Assembly: GCF_009914755.1 (NCBI RefSeq)
Contig: NC_060932.1
Strand: one strand, 5' to 3'
Source: the human T2T-CHM13v2.0 reference genome, Homo sapiens
Length of the DNA: 64,000 nucleotides
Shown in pieces: positions 41,122 to 62,069 of the stretch. Every line of letters begins with the position of its first letter. Within the stretch, counting starts at the first letter, position 1. The notes under the pieces were generated by a model. The model did not search any database. It was not told the DNA's origin and saw nothing but the letters and a program-made list of their open reading frames with translations. The position numbers and the translations under genes are program-made.

Positions 41122-43779
41122 GATTTCTCTTTAAGCCATCTTATTTAAACTGATTGAATAAGTCAAACTTACCTAAATGGATCAAATAAGCCAACTTATT
41201 TAAACTGCTGAATATATTTTTTAGACACACCTCTGATCATGTATCTGGCTATTTGAAATCGTTTAATAATCCCAGTTCATACTAAGTGCAGCTATGGGGG
41301 AGAAAGACTGCAGGTGCTGGGACCTAGGTGGGGCCTGAGAGGTGAGTTTAGAGGACGCTGGGAATTGGTGCCCTGTGGCCCTGGAGAAAATACCTTATTT
41401 TTTTGGAGGTGGCAGAAAAAGAAGCTTCCTGAGAGACGGACCCATTTCCCTATGATGAAAATGAAGCAAGCGGGGTTAGAAAAATTTTGCCTAGTTCATC
41501 TCCTTTCAAAGCAAACAAAACCCAGAAAATGGATTGAATTCTGAATGAACATGAAAAAGGCCCTAGTATATATTGAGCTGAACTACGCAACTAGAGGAAA
41601 TGACCAAAATACCTTTTCTAGTGGAAACAACCTGTGTACATTCTAGGGTAAACACTCAGCAAGAAGATAATTCAGAAAATGGTTACAAAGGGAGTTAAGG
41701 GCGTAAAAGGCACAAATACTAACTAAAGTTGACTCTGCTCAAGTCTCCTTTTGTCTTAACATTTCCTATGTTCTTAAGTCTAACTGCCCTTTCTGAAAGC
41801 TTGCAAGGGAACTTAATCTTCATATGAGGGGTTTGGGGACTCTTTAGTAAGCGACTCTGATTACACAGAATTACATATATTATGTGTGTGATCTGGACCA
41901 TGCCTCCTTTTGGATTTAGCCGAGGTCCTTTCCCTCATTTCCCTGGGGATTATGGATTAAAACTGAATGGCTTCTCAGTGGGGAAACCTCGGTATTTTAT
42001 CTACCGGGTCTCAAAGCTGCTATTTGTGGCTCTTTGTGGCTTGATGGGTGACGCCTGAAATCAGAGTACAGATCCCGGAAAGAGCACAGCCTTGCTATGT
42101 GAAAGGCACCTGCACAGCTACCAAATTTGTTAATTTGCATATTGGATGGATTCTCAAAATGAGAATGAATTTCTAATAACAATTCTCATTGGATCAGTCA
42201 CTTAATTCTGGGCGGAGTCCCACAAAACAGTATTTATTTGATCCATACAGTCTTGCAAATGGCATTACCTGCATGTATTATTTTAGCCTTAAGTAACTCC
42301 AACTGGGAAGTATAACTCACATTTGTTATTTTATTAAACCGCAATTTAAAACAAAAACAAAAACTAAACTTATTTTTAGACCACCCAATCATACAATTGG
42401 CCTTCTATGACTGACAATGTACACCAAGTACCATTTATTAATACTTAGTCCCTTTAGAGTGTTCTTAAAAAATAAATCTGCATGTTTTTTTCATTTTCTG
42501 TGTTCTTAGGGAAATTAAGCTTTTGCATATAAAGAATCAGGCTAGATGTTGTCTCAGATTGGCCTCTCTAAGCCACAGTGATGTCTCTAATAGTGCAGCC
42601 ATGCTGTACTTGTTCTCCATTTCTTATCTTTCTTATGAGGCCACTTCTAAGACATAAAACGTCTATCTCTAAGGCTTTGACTGAGTGAAGAAGACAGCAC
42701 AAATAGCCTTTAGATTAGAATGGCTTCCCGAGAAAGAAGTTTATAAATTTGATTATTGGCTGGATTCTCAAAATTTTAATGAGAGGAAGGACCAATATTT
42801 TCCTAAATGAAATTATTCTTCCCAGAGCTCTAGGTCTGTATCTAGATCTCGTTCCAGTTGTACTTCAGTTCCTCATATCATCATGTGTCTGAAAGGAGAG
42901 CTTAACACAGTATTTTAAATCTCTTTTACTCTCAGTAGCAACTTGGTGCTATTTCCATTATTCCTGTTATGGAAATAAATGAGACAAGTCCCAGAAATTG
43001 ATTTTATGCTTAAAATACGTAGATTAATGGTCAGGATATTACTGCCAATCAGGAAAGGGAGTGGAAAGGAACTCAGAGGAAAGGAAAAGACACAGTATCT
43101 TTTGTCTTTTGTTCTGAGATGGAAATAAACTGTCTCTAGTCCAGATAAGGCTCCTTTTGATCTTCCCCATGGAATAAGGAGAAACAATTGGCTGTTTTGC
43201 ATTTGCTGTTTAAAATTCAAAGTGAAGTCCACATCAAACCGATTATCGACAGGCATTAGATCTGTCAAACGGACACACGGGTGACCTTCTCGTTGCTATA
43301 TCTATCTGTGTTCCTAAAACGGTCAAAATTCCCCACAGCAGTCAGGAAATGAAGTCGGTGATTAGAATTCTGTGTTTCCTGATGGTGACCCTGTGGTTAT
43401 GACCGTTGGACAGAAGAGTCTAATTTATTATCATAATGTTAGGGGGAGCACATAGTCCTCTTTGCATTGTAGAAAAGGTCATGGGTATAGGAAATATGAT
43501 TTAGAATTTTCTGTGAAGTTTATTATTCAGCCATAAATAGTACATAGGCATCTATCTTCATCTTCACCTTGTTATGGATCAGAAGGAAATGTGATATATA
43601 GTACTTGGAAATTTGGGGGCTTTACTACTATGTAGCTCAAGGTTAGAACTTACTCAACATTACTCATTTTTAACCTTTGATTGGTTTGTTCCTTTCTTAC
43701 AGATGAATCAACTATGTTCAGTGAAAGATACTATCCTGAATGTAATACTGTGGGGTTTTGTTGTTGTTTTTGCTTTGGA

Positions 43780-43985
43780 GTTTGGATATTCAGGGATTTA
43801 AATCCTGGCTTTCTTGTTGAATTACATATGAGAACGTGGGAAAATTATTTAATCTCTCAAATGTGAATGTTTTTGTAAAATGGGGAAATAATTCCTATCT
43901 TGTAAGGTTTTATCATTTGTAACTTTAGAGCTAATATGGATAAAATATCTCAAAATATTGCCTGGCTTAAAGTAGAAATTCACTA
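43780..43985 (+). mobile_element. MIR
   Basis: ttatttaatctctc...tgtaaaatggggaaaataat core. Confidence 0.6.
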
Positions 43986-44229
43986 AAGAACAGCTTTTTT
44001 TCCTAATAAAAACCACTATTGGTCAAGTGAGGGGGTACTTAGGTTTCAGTTCACCCTTGAGCCTTAGAACCTGCTCTGTGGTTTTGGCCAAGTCTTAATC
44101 TTTGGAAACTCAGTTTTCCCATCTGAAAAATAAAAGAGGTGGTCTAAATCAGGACTTTGTTTTTTAAAAAGTCTGCAGGTGTTATTGCCTTTTATTACGT
44201 TCTGAAAGAGATTAAGAACATGGAAGAGA

Positions 44230-44530
44230 GCCTGAGCCCAGTGGCTCTAGTCTGTAATCCCAGCATTTTGGGAGGCCAAGGTGGGGGGGTTGTTTAAGGT
44301 CAAGGGGTTTGAGAGCAGCATGGGCAACATAGAAATACCTCATCTAAAAAAAAAAAAGCCAGATGCGGTGGCTCATGCCTGTAGTTCCAGTTAGCTACTG
44401 TGGAGGCTGAGATGGGAGGATCACTTGAGTCTGGGAGGTCAAGGTGGCGGTGAGCTGTGATCACCCTGTGGCACTCCAGCCTGGCAACAGAGCAAGACCT
44501 TGTCTCAAAAAAATAAAAAAATAAAAAAAA
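44230..44530 (+). mobile_element. AluJ
   Basis: Diverged dimer. Confidence 0.85.
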
Positions 44531-44936
44531 TTAGAGGAATATTTCATGCTTTAGGTCCCCTGAGCTCGAAAATTCTGTGATTTATGAAATAAAGCTAATT
44601 TCAAGTTTATTTAGCATATAATTTTTTGGCTAATTGTTAAGACATGCTATACTAGAAAAGGCCGCTGATGTATACTAAAATTCTTTAGAGATGGAGATGT
44701 TATGATGGATACATTTCTATATGTTCTTTAATATTTGAAGAGCCAAAGAGTTCTTGATGCAGTAATTACAATAGAACTCTTATTTAAAATGCAGTCACAA
44801 TCATTGAGAAGAAAATCCATTAAACACTCTTTCATAGCAACTAGAAATTAATAGTAGTCTTCTGAATTGAACATTAGTAACATATAAATGGCATACATTA
44901 CTTATCTCAGAAAAGCACTTTGAAAATGTGTTTCCG

Positions 44937-45393
<457 letters not shown>

Positions 45394-45879
45394 CTAACCT
45401 TGCATGATCTTGCTCAAAAGTATTGAAATCCTCAAGAGACCACTTTGCGACTGAGGGTCACCAAAGCTCTGTGATTTAAGAACTATAACTCATGTTATGT
45501 TTACTGATTATCAGAAGATGGTATGTGGAGCTATCTCATAAATTGCTGAATCAGGGAGAGAAACTAAATTGCTAAACTGATCAAAGATTTGGTAATCTTA
45601 AAGTGCAGGAGAAAAAAAGGGAATACCTCCTCCCCTCTAGTTGCAATTAGAGATTTGGGCAAGAAAGAAAGAAAGAGTTGCTACTGAATTAACGTGTCAC
45701 GGGTTTTGATTAAGGACTAAGTGCAATTTTCAGGAATGTTATGATGTATGCCATTTAGGCTGTGTCAACCTGTTTGTTCTTATTCTCAACTCATATGATT
45801 AAAAAAAATTCTAATAGACACAGAGTCACTAGGGACCGAAATAACTCACTGAGATTCTGTAGGTGCCCTACTTCCTTTT

Positions 45880-46174
45880 ACTTATTTAGTGACAGGGTCT
45901 TGCTCTGTCACTCAGACTGGAGTGCTGTCACCCAGACTGGAGTGCATAGCTCACTGCAGCTTCAAACTCCTGGGCTCAAGCAATCCTCCTGTCTCAGCCT
46001 CATGAGTAGCTGGGACTACAGGTGCGTGCCACCATGCCCCACTAATTTTTTATTTTCTTTTTTGTAGAGAAACAAGGGTTGTCCAGGCTGGTCTCAAACT
46101 CCTGGCCTCAAGCAATCCTCCCTCCTCGACCTCCCAAAGTGCTGGGATTACAGGTGTGAACCACCACGGCCGGC
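45880..46174 (-). mobile_element. AluJ with internal tandem duplication
   Basis: ctgtcactcagactggagtg / ctgtcacccagactggagtg repeated. Confidence 0.85.
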
Positions 46175-47810
46175 CCACACTTCCTTTTAAAAAGTAGTTT
46201 ACACAGAGGAGAAAGTGGACTTCTATGTACAGCTGAACATATAACATCTAATCAAGGCCTTGCGGAGGGTATAGCTAGAGTACTTGGAGGCTCAAAACCC
46301 TTGGGGACGTCAGTGTTTCCAGTGTAGGCAATGCCCCAGGTGAGGGTCAATTGGAGGGAGAAGGGAAGAGAGGTTTGGTTCTAAAGTGAATTCCAAATGA
46401 ATCCTACGGCTACGGGTATCTGAATGCTCATCCATGGCAGAGCAGAGCTCAGAATTAGTTAATGGGCTCAGCACCAAGACTAAGAAGATCAGTACATCTA
46501 CACGCCATCACTACCATTAAAAAGTCGATCATTATAATAACCAAAAAGAGCAATAATTGTGCTTCATCTATATGGCATTATTCTTACGATAACAAAACAT
46601 TTTATAGATGTCATTTGGGGGGTAGCTATTTTTATAATTAATTGATGGAATCTGAAGTATTAAAGTGGTAATTATTTAAGAGCTATCTGCTAGCCTTGTA
46701 TGGGTGCTTCTGCAAATACTTCAGTACTATATTTTCAACCTCACTAATGGAGACCCCTGATAGGGTGTGGCCAGCTGGAGCCTCAATACTAAAACCACTG
46801 CAAGGGAAACTTCCAAAAAAGAAAAACCAAAGAAAGGAAGCCAACAGGTATTCAGTACCTTGTAGTGCTGGGGATTTTACACTTTGTAGCTCATTTATCC
46901 CTCACATTTGATCATTTCCTGTGAGGTAAGTAGTAGGATTTCATTAAGTGTTATTAAATGAATCCATATACATAAACTCAGATCAAGGCTTGGAACATAG
47001 CAACCCCTCAATAAATGTTAACCGTTATTATAATTCCCTTTTACTAATGCTGCAATTCAGACTCAGTTTATTTTAGAGACTTCGTCAACTCACACAGTAA
47101 GTGGCAGGATGGGGATTTGAACTTGCCAGATTTCAGTTAGGAGCATGTACTGTTTTGAACAAGCTTTGAATATAGATTTGTGTGGTTGTTTCTGTTTCAG
47201 TATCAGAAAATGGAAGTTCGATTCCTCAGTAGCTTCGCTGATCTAACAGGGGATTTTAAAGCCCTCTATCAAAAGGAAAGTGGGAATCAGCTCTCAAAAT
47301 CTTCCAGAGGCTGCAAGATTCATTTATCAAATCCTAGCTTACTCTCATCCCGAGTTCCTTTTCTGCCATTAATTTCTGCTGCGTCTCCATCTTTCTGTAG
47401 TTGATGTTGCTGCTTCTCTGATTACAGACCCTTACTGGGTAACCAAAAAGTCATTAGGGTGTATAAAATGTTTTCTTTTCTCTATGTGTAACGATTATTG
47501 ATACAGCATTTTGTCCTGGCACAGTTAGGATGACTGTTTTGAAATTTCTTGAATCAGAGTGAACACCCATATCTTAAACTTAACATATCTTTGAAAGATG
47601 CTTTATGGAATTATCTTGAATAGCTTGAAGTAGACAAACGTTTGAGCCCTATTTTTAAAGTTCCCCATGAGAGGTTTGGCTTCTTGCAAACCAGTGAAGG
47701 AAAGTCTCCTCTGGGCAGGATCCAGGTCTCTTCAGAGCTCGCGTGGGGTGGGAATTTAAGCTTTCTATATTTTCTTCATTTCGAGAGCAGTCTAATTATT
47801 TAACTTTTGA

Positions 47811-48157
<347 letters not shown>

Positions 48158-48349
48158 TGTTCTGCTCCCTTTTTTCCGCTACTAAATTAAGGATAAAGCT
48201 ATTTAGTTGCTTGAATTAGAACTACATATAAAACTACAGATTTCGAATGGTTTGAGAGTTGGAATGAATTTTTGGATCTTTTACTAATTTACCTGGCCCA
48301 TGTATCTACCAAATATTAAATCATAATTAGTCCATTTTTTATTTTTTAA

Positions 48350-49925
48350 ATCTCATATTTTATTTTAGATTTGGGAGGTACGTGTGCAGATTTGTTACCT
48401 GGGTATATTGCATGATGCTGAGGTTTGGGGTATGAACGATCTCATCACCCAGGTAGTGAACATAGTATCCAATAGGTCATTTCTCAGCCCTTGTTTCCCT
48501 CCTTCACTCTTCCCCCTATTATAGTCCCCAGTGTCTGTTTTTCCTTTACGTCCACATGTACCCAATGTTTAGGGCCCACTTATGAGTGGGGACTGTGGTA
48601 TTTGGTTTTCTGTTCCTGCATTAATTGGCTTAGGATAATGGCCTCCAGCTGCATCATCCATGTTGCTGCAAAGGATGTGATTTCTTTCTTTCTTAAGGCT
48701 GCATACTGTTCCATGGTGTATGTGTTCCACATTTTCTTTATCCAACCCACTGTCGATGAGCACCTAGGTTGATTCTATGTCTTTGCTGTTGTGAGCAGTG
48801 CTGTTATGAACATACAAGTGCATGTGTTTTTTTGATAGAATGATTTATTTTCCTCTGGGTATATACCCAGTAGTGGGATTGCTGGGTTGAATGGTAGTTC
48901 TATTTTTAGTTCTTTGAGAAATCTCCAAACCACTTTCTGCAGTGGCTGAACTAAGGTACATTCCTACCAACATTGTCTAAGGGTTTCCTTTTCTCTGCAG
49001 CCTCGCCAGCATCTGTTATCTTTTTGACTTTTTAATGATAGCCATTCTGACTGCTGTGAGATGGTATCTTCTTGTGGTTTTGATTTGCATTTCTCTGATG
49101 ATTAGTGATGATAAGCATTTTTATATGTTTGTTGGCTGCTTGTATGTCTTCCTTTAAGAAGCATCTGTTCATGTCCTTTGCCCACTTTTTACTGGGGTTG
49201 TATGTTTTTTGCTTGCTGACTTAAGTTCCTTATAGATTCTGCATATTAGACCTTTGTCAGATGCAGAGTTCAGGAATATTTTCTCCCATTCTGTAGGTTG
49301 TTTACTCCATTGATAATTTTTTTTTGCTGTGCAGAAGTTCTTCTGTTTAATTAGGTCCCACCTGTCAATTTTTGGTTTTGTTGCAATTGATTTTGAGGAC
49401 TTAGTCATAAATTCTTTGCCAAGGCAAAGAATTGATACTCAGAATGGTATTTCCTAGGTTTTCTTCTAGGATTTTTATAGTTTAAAGTCTTACATTTAAG
49501 CCTTTAATCCATCTTCAGTTAATTTTTGAATACAGTGAAAGGTAGGGGTCCATTCTTCTGCATACGGCTAGCCAGTTATCCCAGCACTACTTATTGAACA
49601 GAGAGTCCCTATCCCAATTGCTTGCTTTTGTCTACTTTGTTGAAGGTCAGATGGTGTGGGTATGCAGTTTTATTTCTGGGTTCTCTATTATGTTCCATTG
49701 GTCTGTGTTTATTTTTGCACCAGTACCATGTGGTTTTGGCTACTGTAGCTTTATAATATAGTTTGAAGTTGGGTAATGTGATGCCTCCAGCTTTTTTTTT
49801 TTTTTTGCTTAGGATTATTTTTGCTATTCAGGCTCGTTTTTGGTTTGATATGAAGTTCTGAGTAGTTTTTTTCTAATTTTGTGAAAAATGACATTTGTAG
49901 TTTGATAGAAATAGCACTGAATCTG
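48350..49925 (-). mobile_element. L1PA15/16-like 3' 1.6-kb fragment
   Basis: L1 3' UTR motif and ORF2 C-terminal remnant ([15 protein letters not shown]). Confidence 0.88.
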
Positions 49926-50039
49926 AAAGTTCACCTTTTCTACCTTAAACATTGCAGATAGATGTTTAAGTGCTCATTTTCAACTTTTAACCGTCTGTCT
50001 GTGCTCTCATTTCTGTCTTGTTTTTTAAACACATATTTT

Positions 50040-50470
50040 AAAATTCAACTTAAAAAAATAACTCTATAGACTCACAAAAAGTTGCAAAAGTAGTACACCA
50101 ATCACTCAACTTCTCTCAATGTGCACTATCAAAACCAAGAAATTGACTGGCATAATACAATTAACTAATAGACCGCAGACTTGAGTCAGATTTTACCAAA
50201 TTTTGCATGTTCTTCTTTTTTCTTGTCTTGGTAGATAATTCTATGACATGCTTAATACATGTATATATATATTCCTATAGCTGTCATGGCAGCACAATCA
50301 TGATACAGAACTGTTCTCTCACCAAAGTGGAACTCCCTCCTGCTTTCCTTCCTGGTCACAGCTTCCCTCTCCTTCTCCAGTCCCTGCAAACACTTATCTG
50401 TTCTTCATTTCTATAATTTTTTCATTTACAGAATGTTATATAAACAGAGTCATATAGTATGTAGCACATC
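50040..50470 (-). mobile_element. L1MC-like fragment
   Basis: tatagactcacaaaaagttgcaaaagtagtaca motif. Confidence 0.55.
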
Positions 50471-50784
50471 TTTATTGTAAATGGAGAATAATTTATCTAC
50501 TTTTTGGCCACAAATTTCAACAAATTTCACTGCCTAGGATCTTTATTAAATTACATTTCTAGGATCATGCTTTGCTTTTCTGGATATAAACTTCTTTTTT
50601 TATTTCAGAAACATAAAATATATTATAGTCAGGTCAGGACCTGGTTTGATTTTATGGATTCTAAAGCAAATTTTTATTACATTTTTCATTTCTTCTCCAT
50701 TTCCTCTAGGGAAAAGAAATGAAATAAGTGATTTAAATTCTTGATAGAGGGATGAAAACTGCCTTCTAATAAAAACTCTCTTTT

Positions 50785-51510
<726 letters not shown>

Positions 51511-52768
51511 ATCTAATCTAAACTATCTAATCATAGGTTTCTTATAATAATATAACCAAGTGTTTACATTTCTTAACTCTCCCATAATTTTTAAAATTTT
51601 AATTGTTTATAGTTGATTGTCAGAACAGAACCAAATATTATGGGACAATGATATACCAGCCATTGAGTCTACTGTCTCTGAAAGATGAGAGACAAAGTTT
51701 TGTTTTAGGAACAATTTTTGGGGGGTTTCTTGGGTCTTGTGAAACTTCATAATGTATTTTATATCTTTTCTATTGTGCTAAAAAGTGTCAATTTTTATAG
51801 AAAAAGCTAGATATTAATGATATGTCATTAGTTTTCTATGTCATCTATTTACTTTCAGAAATGAAATTTTTCATTGTTTTTGTAATTCCAGGAACTATAG
51901 AGAACTAAAAGAACCCTTATGTTATTTAAATATAGCACTTCTCAGCAAACTGAGTGTATTGTTTATAGAATTTCACAAGTGCATAGTCTTCAATCTTACT
52001 TCCCTCACATTCCTGCGTAAGAGATGTGGTAATACACTTGGGTTAAGTGGTTTATTGATATATGCATTACAAAACAACCACTCTATCGAGTGGAATTTGA
52101 AGGACATAACATACAGCAATACTGAGGTCTGCAAATGAAATTGTAATCTAGGGCAAAAATGCCTATATTTCTATTCATTTTTGCTTTTTTATATTTCAGA
52201 TAGTATTCTAATCATGAGTGTAACCAGAAAAAATTTTGGTTCTTGGACAGAGAATCATGTAAAAACCAGTGCTACACCTGGACAGAATGGAAAATGCTGA
52301 ATCAGGTGGAACTATTCCAATTTAATATTTGGATAATAGATTAATAGTAGTGAAATAAACTTATTTCTTCTCTTATTCTTTCCATATTTGTTGGAAATTT
52401 GTGTTAGACCCCAAAAAAAAGGGGACTTGACACTTAAACTAAGATTTCAGATTATAGGAAATATTTAAGATAATAAGATATATTTGATTCTTATTTCAGT
52501 AGCTCTAATACATTTTAAATGAATTAAAAATAATTCCCTGTTTCAGTAAAATGGTTCTGGGTCAATCATATATCTGTATAGGGAAAAACAACCTCACATC
52601 ATTGATTTAAAAAAAATCAATTCAATGAATTGCAGATCTAGAAGTGAAAAGTAAACAATATACCTTTTAGAGGAAAAGTAGAACTCACTCCTGACCTGGG
52701 GATGGCCAAAGTCTTCATAGACAACCCAAAAGGCAACCCCCCAAAAAAACTATGATACAAGAAAAATA

Positions 52769-53078
52769 GGCCGGGCGCGGTGGCTCACGCCTGTAATCCC
52801 AGCATTTCGGGAGGCCATGACGGGCGGATCACGAGGTCAGGAGATCAAGACCATCCTGGCCAACACACTGAAACTCCGTCTCTACTAAAAATACAAAAAA
52901 TTAGCCAGGCGTGGTGGCGGGCGCCTGTAGTTCCTCCTAGTTCCACCTACTCAGGAGGCTGAGGCAGGAGAATGGCGTGAACCCAGGAGGCAGAGCTTGC
53001 AATGAGCCGAGATTGCACCACTGGGACTCCAGCCTGGGCGACAGAGTGAGACTCTGCCTCAAAAAAAAAAAAAAAAAA
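52769..53078 (+). mobile_element. AluY/Sc inside an old L1M remnant (~52540-53920)
   Basis: Alu dimer; flanks show degenerate L1 ORF2/3' motifs. Confidence 0.85.
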
Positions 53079-53925
53079 GATTACTGTTCTATATTAACTT
53101 CTATACATCCAAAGACACCATTAAGAGAGTGGAAGAAGGTTTTTTTTTTTGCAAAACATATAATCAACAATGGTTTCGTATCCCCAATTTATAAAGAACT
53201 CCTAAAAATCAGTAGAAAAAAGACAGATAATCCTCTACATATCCTCCAGAATGGCTAAAATGAAACAGATGGAAAACACCAAGAGTTGGATGTGGAGCAA
53301 ACGAAACTCTTATAAACTTCTAGTAGGAGTATAAATAAGTACAGTTTGGAAAATTACTTGGAAGTATCAACTGTGATATGGCAATTCTACCAAATATACA
53401 CCGAATACCAATTTACCAAATAGAAATGTGTCGATTTGTTCACCAAAAGACATGTATTGAAATGCTCATTTCAGCATTATCTATAATAGCTTCAGACTGA
53501 AAATGATACAAATGCCCATCAACAATAGAACAGATAAATAAATTGTAGTAGAGCAATGCAATAGAATGCTACAGAATGATGAAAACAGACATGCTTCAAC
53601 TTTGCAAAATAATTTGAAGAATTTCATGAGTATAACAGTGAGGGAATACAGATGCAAAATAGTGTGCACTGTATGACTGTATTTATGTGAAAGCAGAACG
53701 AATCTCTTCTGTTAGAAATCAGGAGCCTTGGTGGGAGGTAGTGGTAGTGACTGGGAGGTGGGGGGTGGGGCAGGAAGGGATCGTCTGCAGAGTTGGTTGG
53801 TAATGTTTTGTTTCTTGATGCGGGTTTTAGTTAAAGAGGTATGTTCATTTAACCCTAACCCTAAAAATTTATCGGGCTGTACACTTACACATGCACTGTA
53901 TATATATTTTTTAATAAAGAATTAA

Positions 53926-54250
<325 letters not shown>

Positions 54251-54259
54251 TTACCAGAG

Positions 54260-54430
54260 GCAGAGAAAGACACTTAACCAATAAAGAAATAGATATTAAA
54301 CTATATATTATATAAAAATGGAGATAGTATTTGGGAATAAATCTATGCTGGGGAGATCTGGACTCAGGAGAGAAGGAATGAGGGAAATTAATCAAAATCA
54401 TCTGGGAATACTTGAGGCATTGCTACCTCT
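54260..54430 (+). repeat. Copy 1 of a ~170-bp local direct duplication
   Basis: Colinear with 62070-62246. Confidence 0.9.
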
Positions 54431-56049
54431 TCAAATAGGCATACTTGGTATGCCTATTTGATTTAATTCTCTTTAAAACGTGAACACATCATTGGCTTTG
54501 TGATATCAGTGGTTGCTCTAGACGTAAGCCTTGATCTTGTGGTGGAATCGTATGTAGTATTAGCAATCCAGGTACTTATCCAAGGGAGATGGTGTTTACA
54601 GACATTCTTTGACTCCCTTAATTCATATGTCAAGGTTCCCATCAAAGGAAGCAGACTTACTGTCTTTAGTGCAGTCAAACTACTTGTTCCCTGCCTGGCC
54701 CTTCCATTGTGTTTCGTCTTTACTGCTGTTAAAGCATTTACTCCATTACTTATGAAGTTTTATTAGTTGTATATGTATCTCTCTTATCCACTTGATCATT
54801 AGCCCTTGAAGGGAAGCACCTTTTTTGTGTGTGTCACACAGCACAATGGCTTATTTATCACATCCCAAATATCAAAGAAACATTAGTTAGATTGTCTTTA
54901 GTACTCTAAGTTCATAGCCTGCTTAAGCCAGACACTGTGAAAAATCAAAAGGTTAGTTCTTATAAATAAAGGTTAATTATTATAAATCCCAAACTAAGCA
55001 CTTGAAGAAGCCAATGTACAATAGACCATGGGTAGAAAGAACACAATTTTGGCAATAACTTTCACCGAGAAGCATCATGTTGAATTTAGGAGTTTCTTAC
55101 AGTGCATCATGTAGAACTGGTCACTAAATCAATGTAATCACATATGAACACCCACTTCAACTTCTTTATTCATTGTACAACTAATCTCAGTCCTTAACAT
55201 GCCTATATAATCCTATATTCACCATTTTCTCAGTAAGAATTCAATTAAAACCAAAACCATCACATGAAATTAAGTTTCCAAAAATATAACATCTAACTCC
55301 TTTAAATATTGAAAATAGAGAGTTGTCTCAAATAGGTAAATCCTAATTTTTACTATCAGACATAAAGTATATATGAGAATCAATTTTTAATTTTTATTTT
55401 CTTATTCAGAATTTCTACTTCTTACTCATTGGTTTCACTATTTAGCGCTTGACATATAATGTTCCTTTTTTTTTCTGTTGAAGATATCTATTTTGAAATT
55501 TATCAGCAAAAAGTCCTATCTTAATTCAAATATATATGTATCTACCACTGTCCCTTCTGTTACCTTTCTGGCCTTTTCTCCAACTGCCCTTTCCTCATTC
55601 TCTCCTATTCCCATGGTGTCCCCCTTGTTGTTTCTTGAAAAGAAACCCAGGAACAAAAGGGACCTGAGATTTGCTCTCACTCCAAAACCTTTGCACTTAC
55701 TGTTTGCTCTACTTGGAAAGCTCTTCCCCCAGCAAGCACATGGCTGCTGCCTCAGCCTTCACATCTTTACTCAATTGTCACTGTCTCAGGTGGCTGTATT
55801 TCTTTTTTTTTTTTCTTTCTTTCTTTTTTTTTTTTTAGTAATACTTTAAGTTCTAGGGTATATGTGCACAACGTGTAGGTTTGATACATAGGTATACATG
55901 GGCCATGTTGCTTTGCTGCACCCATCAACTCGTCATTTATATTAGGTATTTCTCCTAATGCTATCCCTCCCCCAGCCCCCCACCCCATGTCCGGTCCCGG
56001 TGTGTGATGTTTCCCACCTTGTGTCTAAGTGATCTCATTGTTCAATTCC

Positions 56050-60187
<4,138 letters not shown>

Positions 60188-60206
60188 TGGTTATTTTGCC
60201 CATTAA

Positions 60207-61265
60207 TTAATGTAGTTTCTGCCTAACATTGATGGTCTTTACAATTTGGCATGTTTTTGCAGTGGTTGGTACTGGTTGATCCTTTCCATGTTTAGTGCTT
60301 CCTTCAGGAGCTCTTGTAAGGCAGGCCTGGTGGTGACAAAAATCTCTCAGCATTTGCTTGTCTGTAAAGGATTTTATTTCTCCTTCATGTATGAAGCTTA
60401 GTTTGGCTGGATATGAAATTCTGGGTTGAAAATTCTTTTCTTTAAGAATGTTGAATATTGACCCCCACTCTCTTCTGGCTTGTAGGGTTTCTGCCAAGAG
60501 ATCCACTGTTAGTCTGATGGGCTTCCCTTTGTGGGCAACCCGACCTTTCTCTCTGGCTGCCCGTAACGCTTTTTTCTGCATTTCAACCTTGGTGAATCTG
60601 ACAATTATGTGTCTTGGGGTTGGTCTTCTCGAGAAGTATCTTTGTGGTGTTCTCTGTATTTCCTGAAATTGAATGTTGGCCTGCCTTGCTAGGTTGGGGA
60701 AGTTCTCCTGGATAATATCCTGAAGAGTGTTTTCCAATTTGGTTCCATTCTGCCCATCACTTTCGGGTACACCAATCAAACGCAGATTTGGTCTTTTCAC
60801 ATAGTCTCATATTTCTTGGAGGCTTTGTTCATTTATTTTTACTCTTTTTACTTTCACCTTCTCTTCTCACTTTATTTCATTAATTTGATCTTCAATCACT
60901 GATACCCTTTCTTCCACTTGATCGAATCCACTATTGAAGCTTGTGCATGTGTCATGAAGTTCTCATGCCATGGTTTTCAGCTCCATCAGGTCATTTAAGG
61001 TCTTCTCTACACTGTTTATTCTAGGTAGCCATTCGTCTAATCTTTTTTCAAGGATTTTAGTTTCCTTGCAATGGGTTTGAACATCCTCCTTTAGCTCGGA
61101 GAAATTTGTTATTACTGACCTTCTGAAGCCTACTTCTGTCAACTCATCAAAGTCATTCTCCGTCCAGCTTTGTTCCGTTGCTGGCAAGGAGCTGCAGTCC
61201 TTTGGAGGAGAAGAGGCACTCTGAGTTTTAGAATTTTCAGCTTTTCTGCTCTGGTTTCTTCCCAC
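60207..61265 (-). pseudogene. L1 ORF1p remnant (disrupted)
   Basis: MGRNQSRKAENSK... and KRPNLRLIGVPE...NFQPRISYPAKLSF lie in separate ORFs. Confidence 0.9.
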
Positions 61266-61591
61266 CTTTGTGGTTTTATCTACCTTTGGACTTTGATGTT
61301 GGTGACGTACAGATGGGGTTTTGATGTAGATGAACTTTTTGTTGATGTTGATGCTATTCCTTTCTGTTTGTTAGTTTTCCTTCTAATAGTCAGGTCCCTC
61401 AGCTGCAGGTCTGTTGGAGTTTGCTGGAGTTCCACTCTAGACCCTGTTTGCCTGGGTATCACCAGCGGAGGCTACAGAAGAGCAAATATTTCAGAACAGC
61501 AAATATTGCTTCCTGATCCTTCCTCTGGAAGCTTCGTGCCAGAGGGGCAGCCACCTATGTGAGGTGTCTGTGGATCAGGTGGCCGTATTTC

Positions 61592-61848
61592 AAACGTCAC
61601 TCACATTCCCCTTCTCCTCCCCACCTCTTCCCTGCTTTACTTTTTTTTCCATAGCACTTATTACCTTCCAATGTAAGAATCTATACAGAATGTATAATTT
61701 ATTTTTTCTCTGTTGTTTGCCTCTCACCTGTAGAATGTAAGGTCTATGATAGCAGACATTTGATCTGCTTTAGTCACTGATGTGTCCCTGGAGCATAAGA
61801 AAATAATCGGCATATAATAGGTGCTCAATAGATATTTGTTGAATGAAG
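61592..61848 (+). mobile_element. L2 3' end (continuation of ~55600-55800)
   Basis: catagcacttatta...taggtgctcaatagatatttgttgaatgaa. Confidence 0.75.
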
Positions 61849-62069
61849 GATCTTTAACCTCCCTAATTTTTTCACTAGACTATAGGTCCCATTGGGGCAG
61901 AGATTGTGTCATGTTAATTTTTCTGATCTTCAGATTTTAGTATGGTATCTTGAAAATGCTAGGTGGTCATAAATTGTGTTAAAGGAAAACATACTCTGTG
62001 ATTCTTTGAGGACGGCATCCCAAGATGTGCAGAAAGATGACAGAGGACTATTGATGATATAGAGGAGAC

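Noticed and set aside
53850-53864. Telomere-like taaccctaaccctaa
   Set aside because: Only ~2 units, within an old L1 remnant; compatible with chance.
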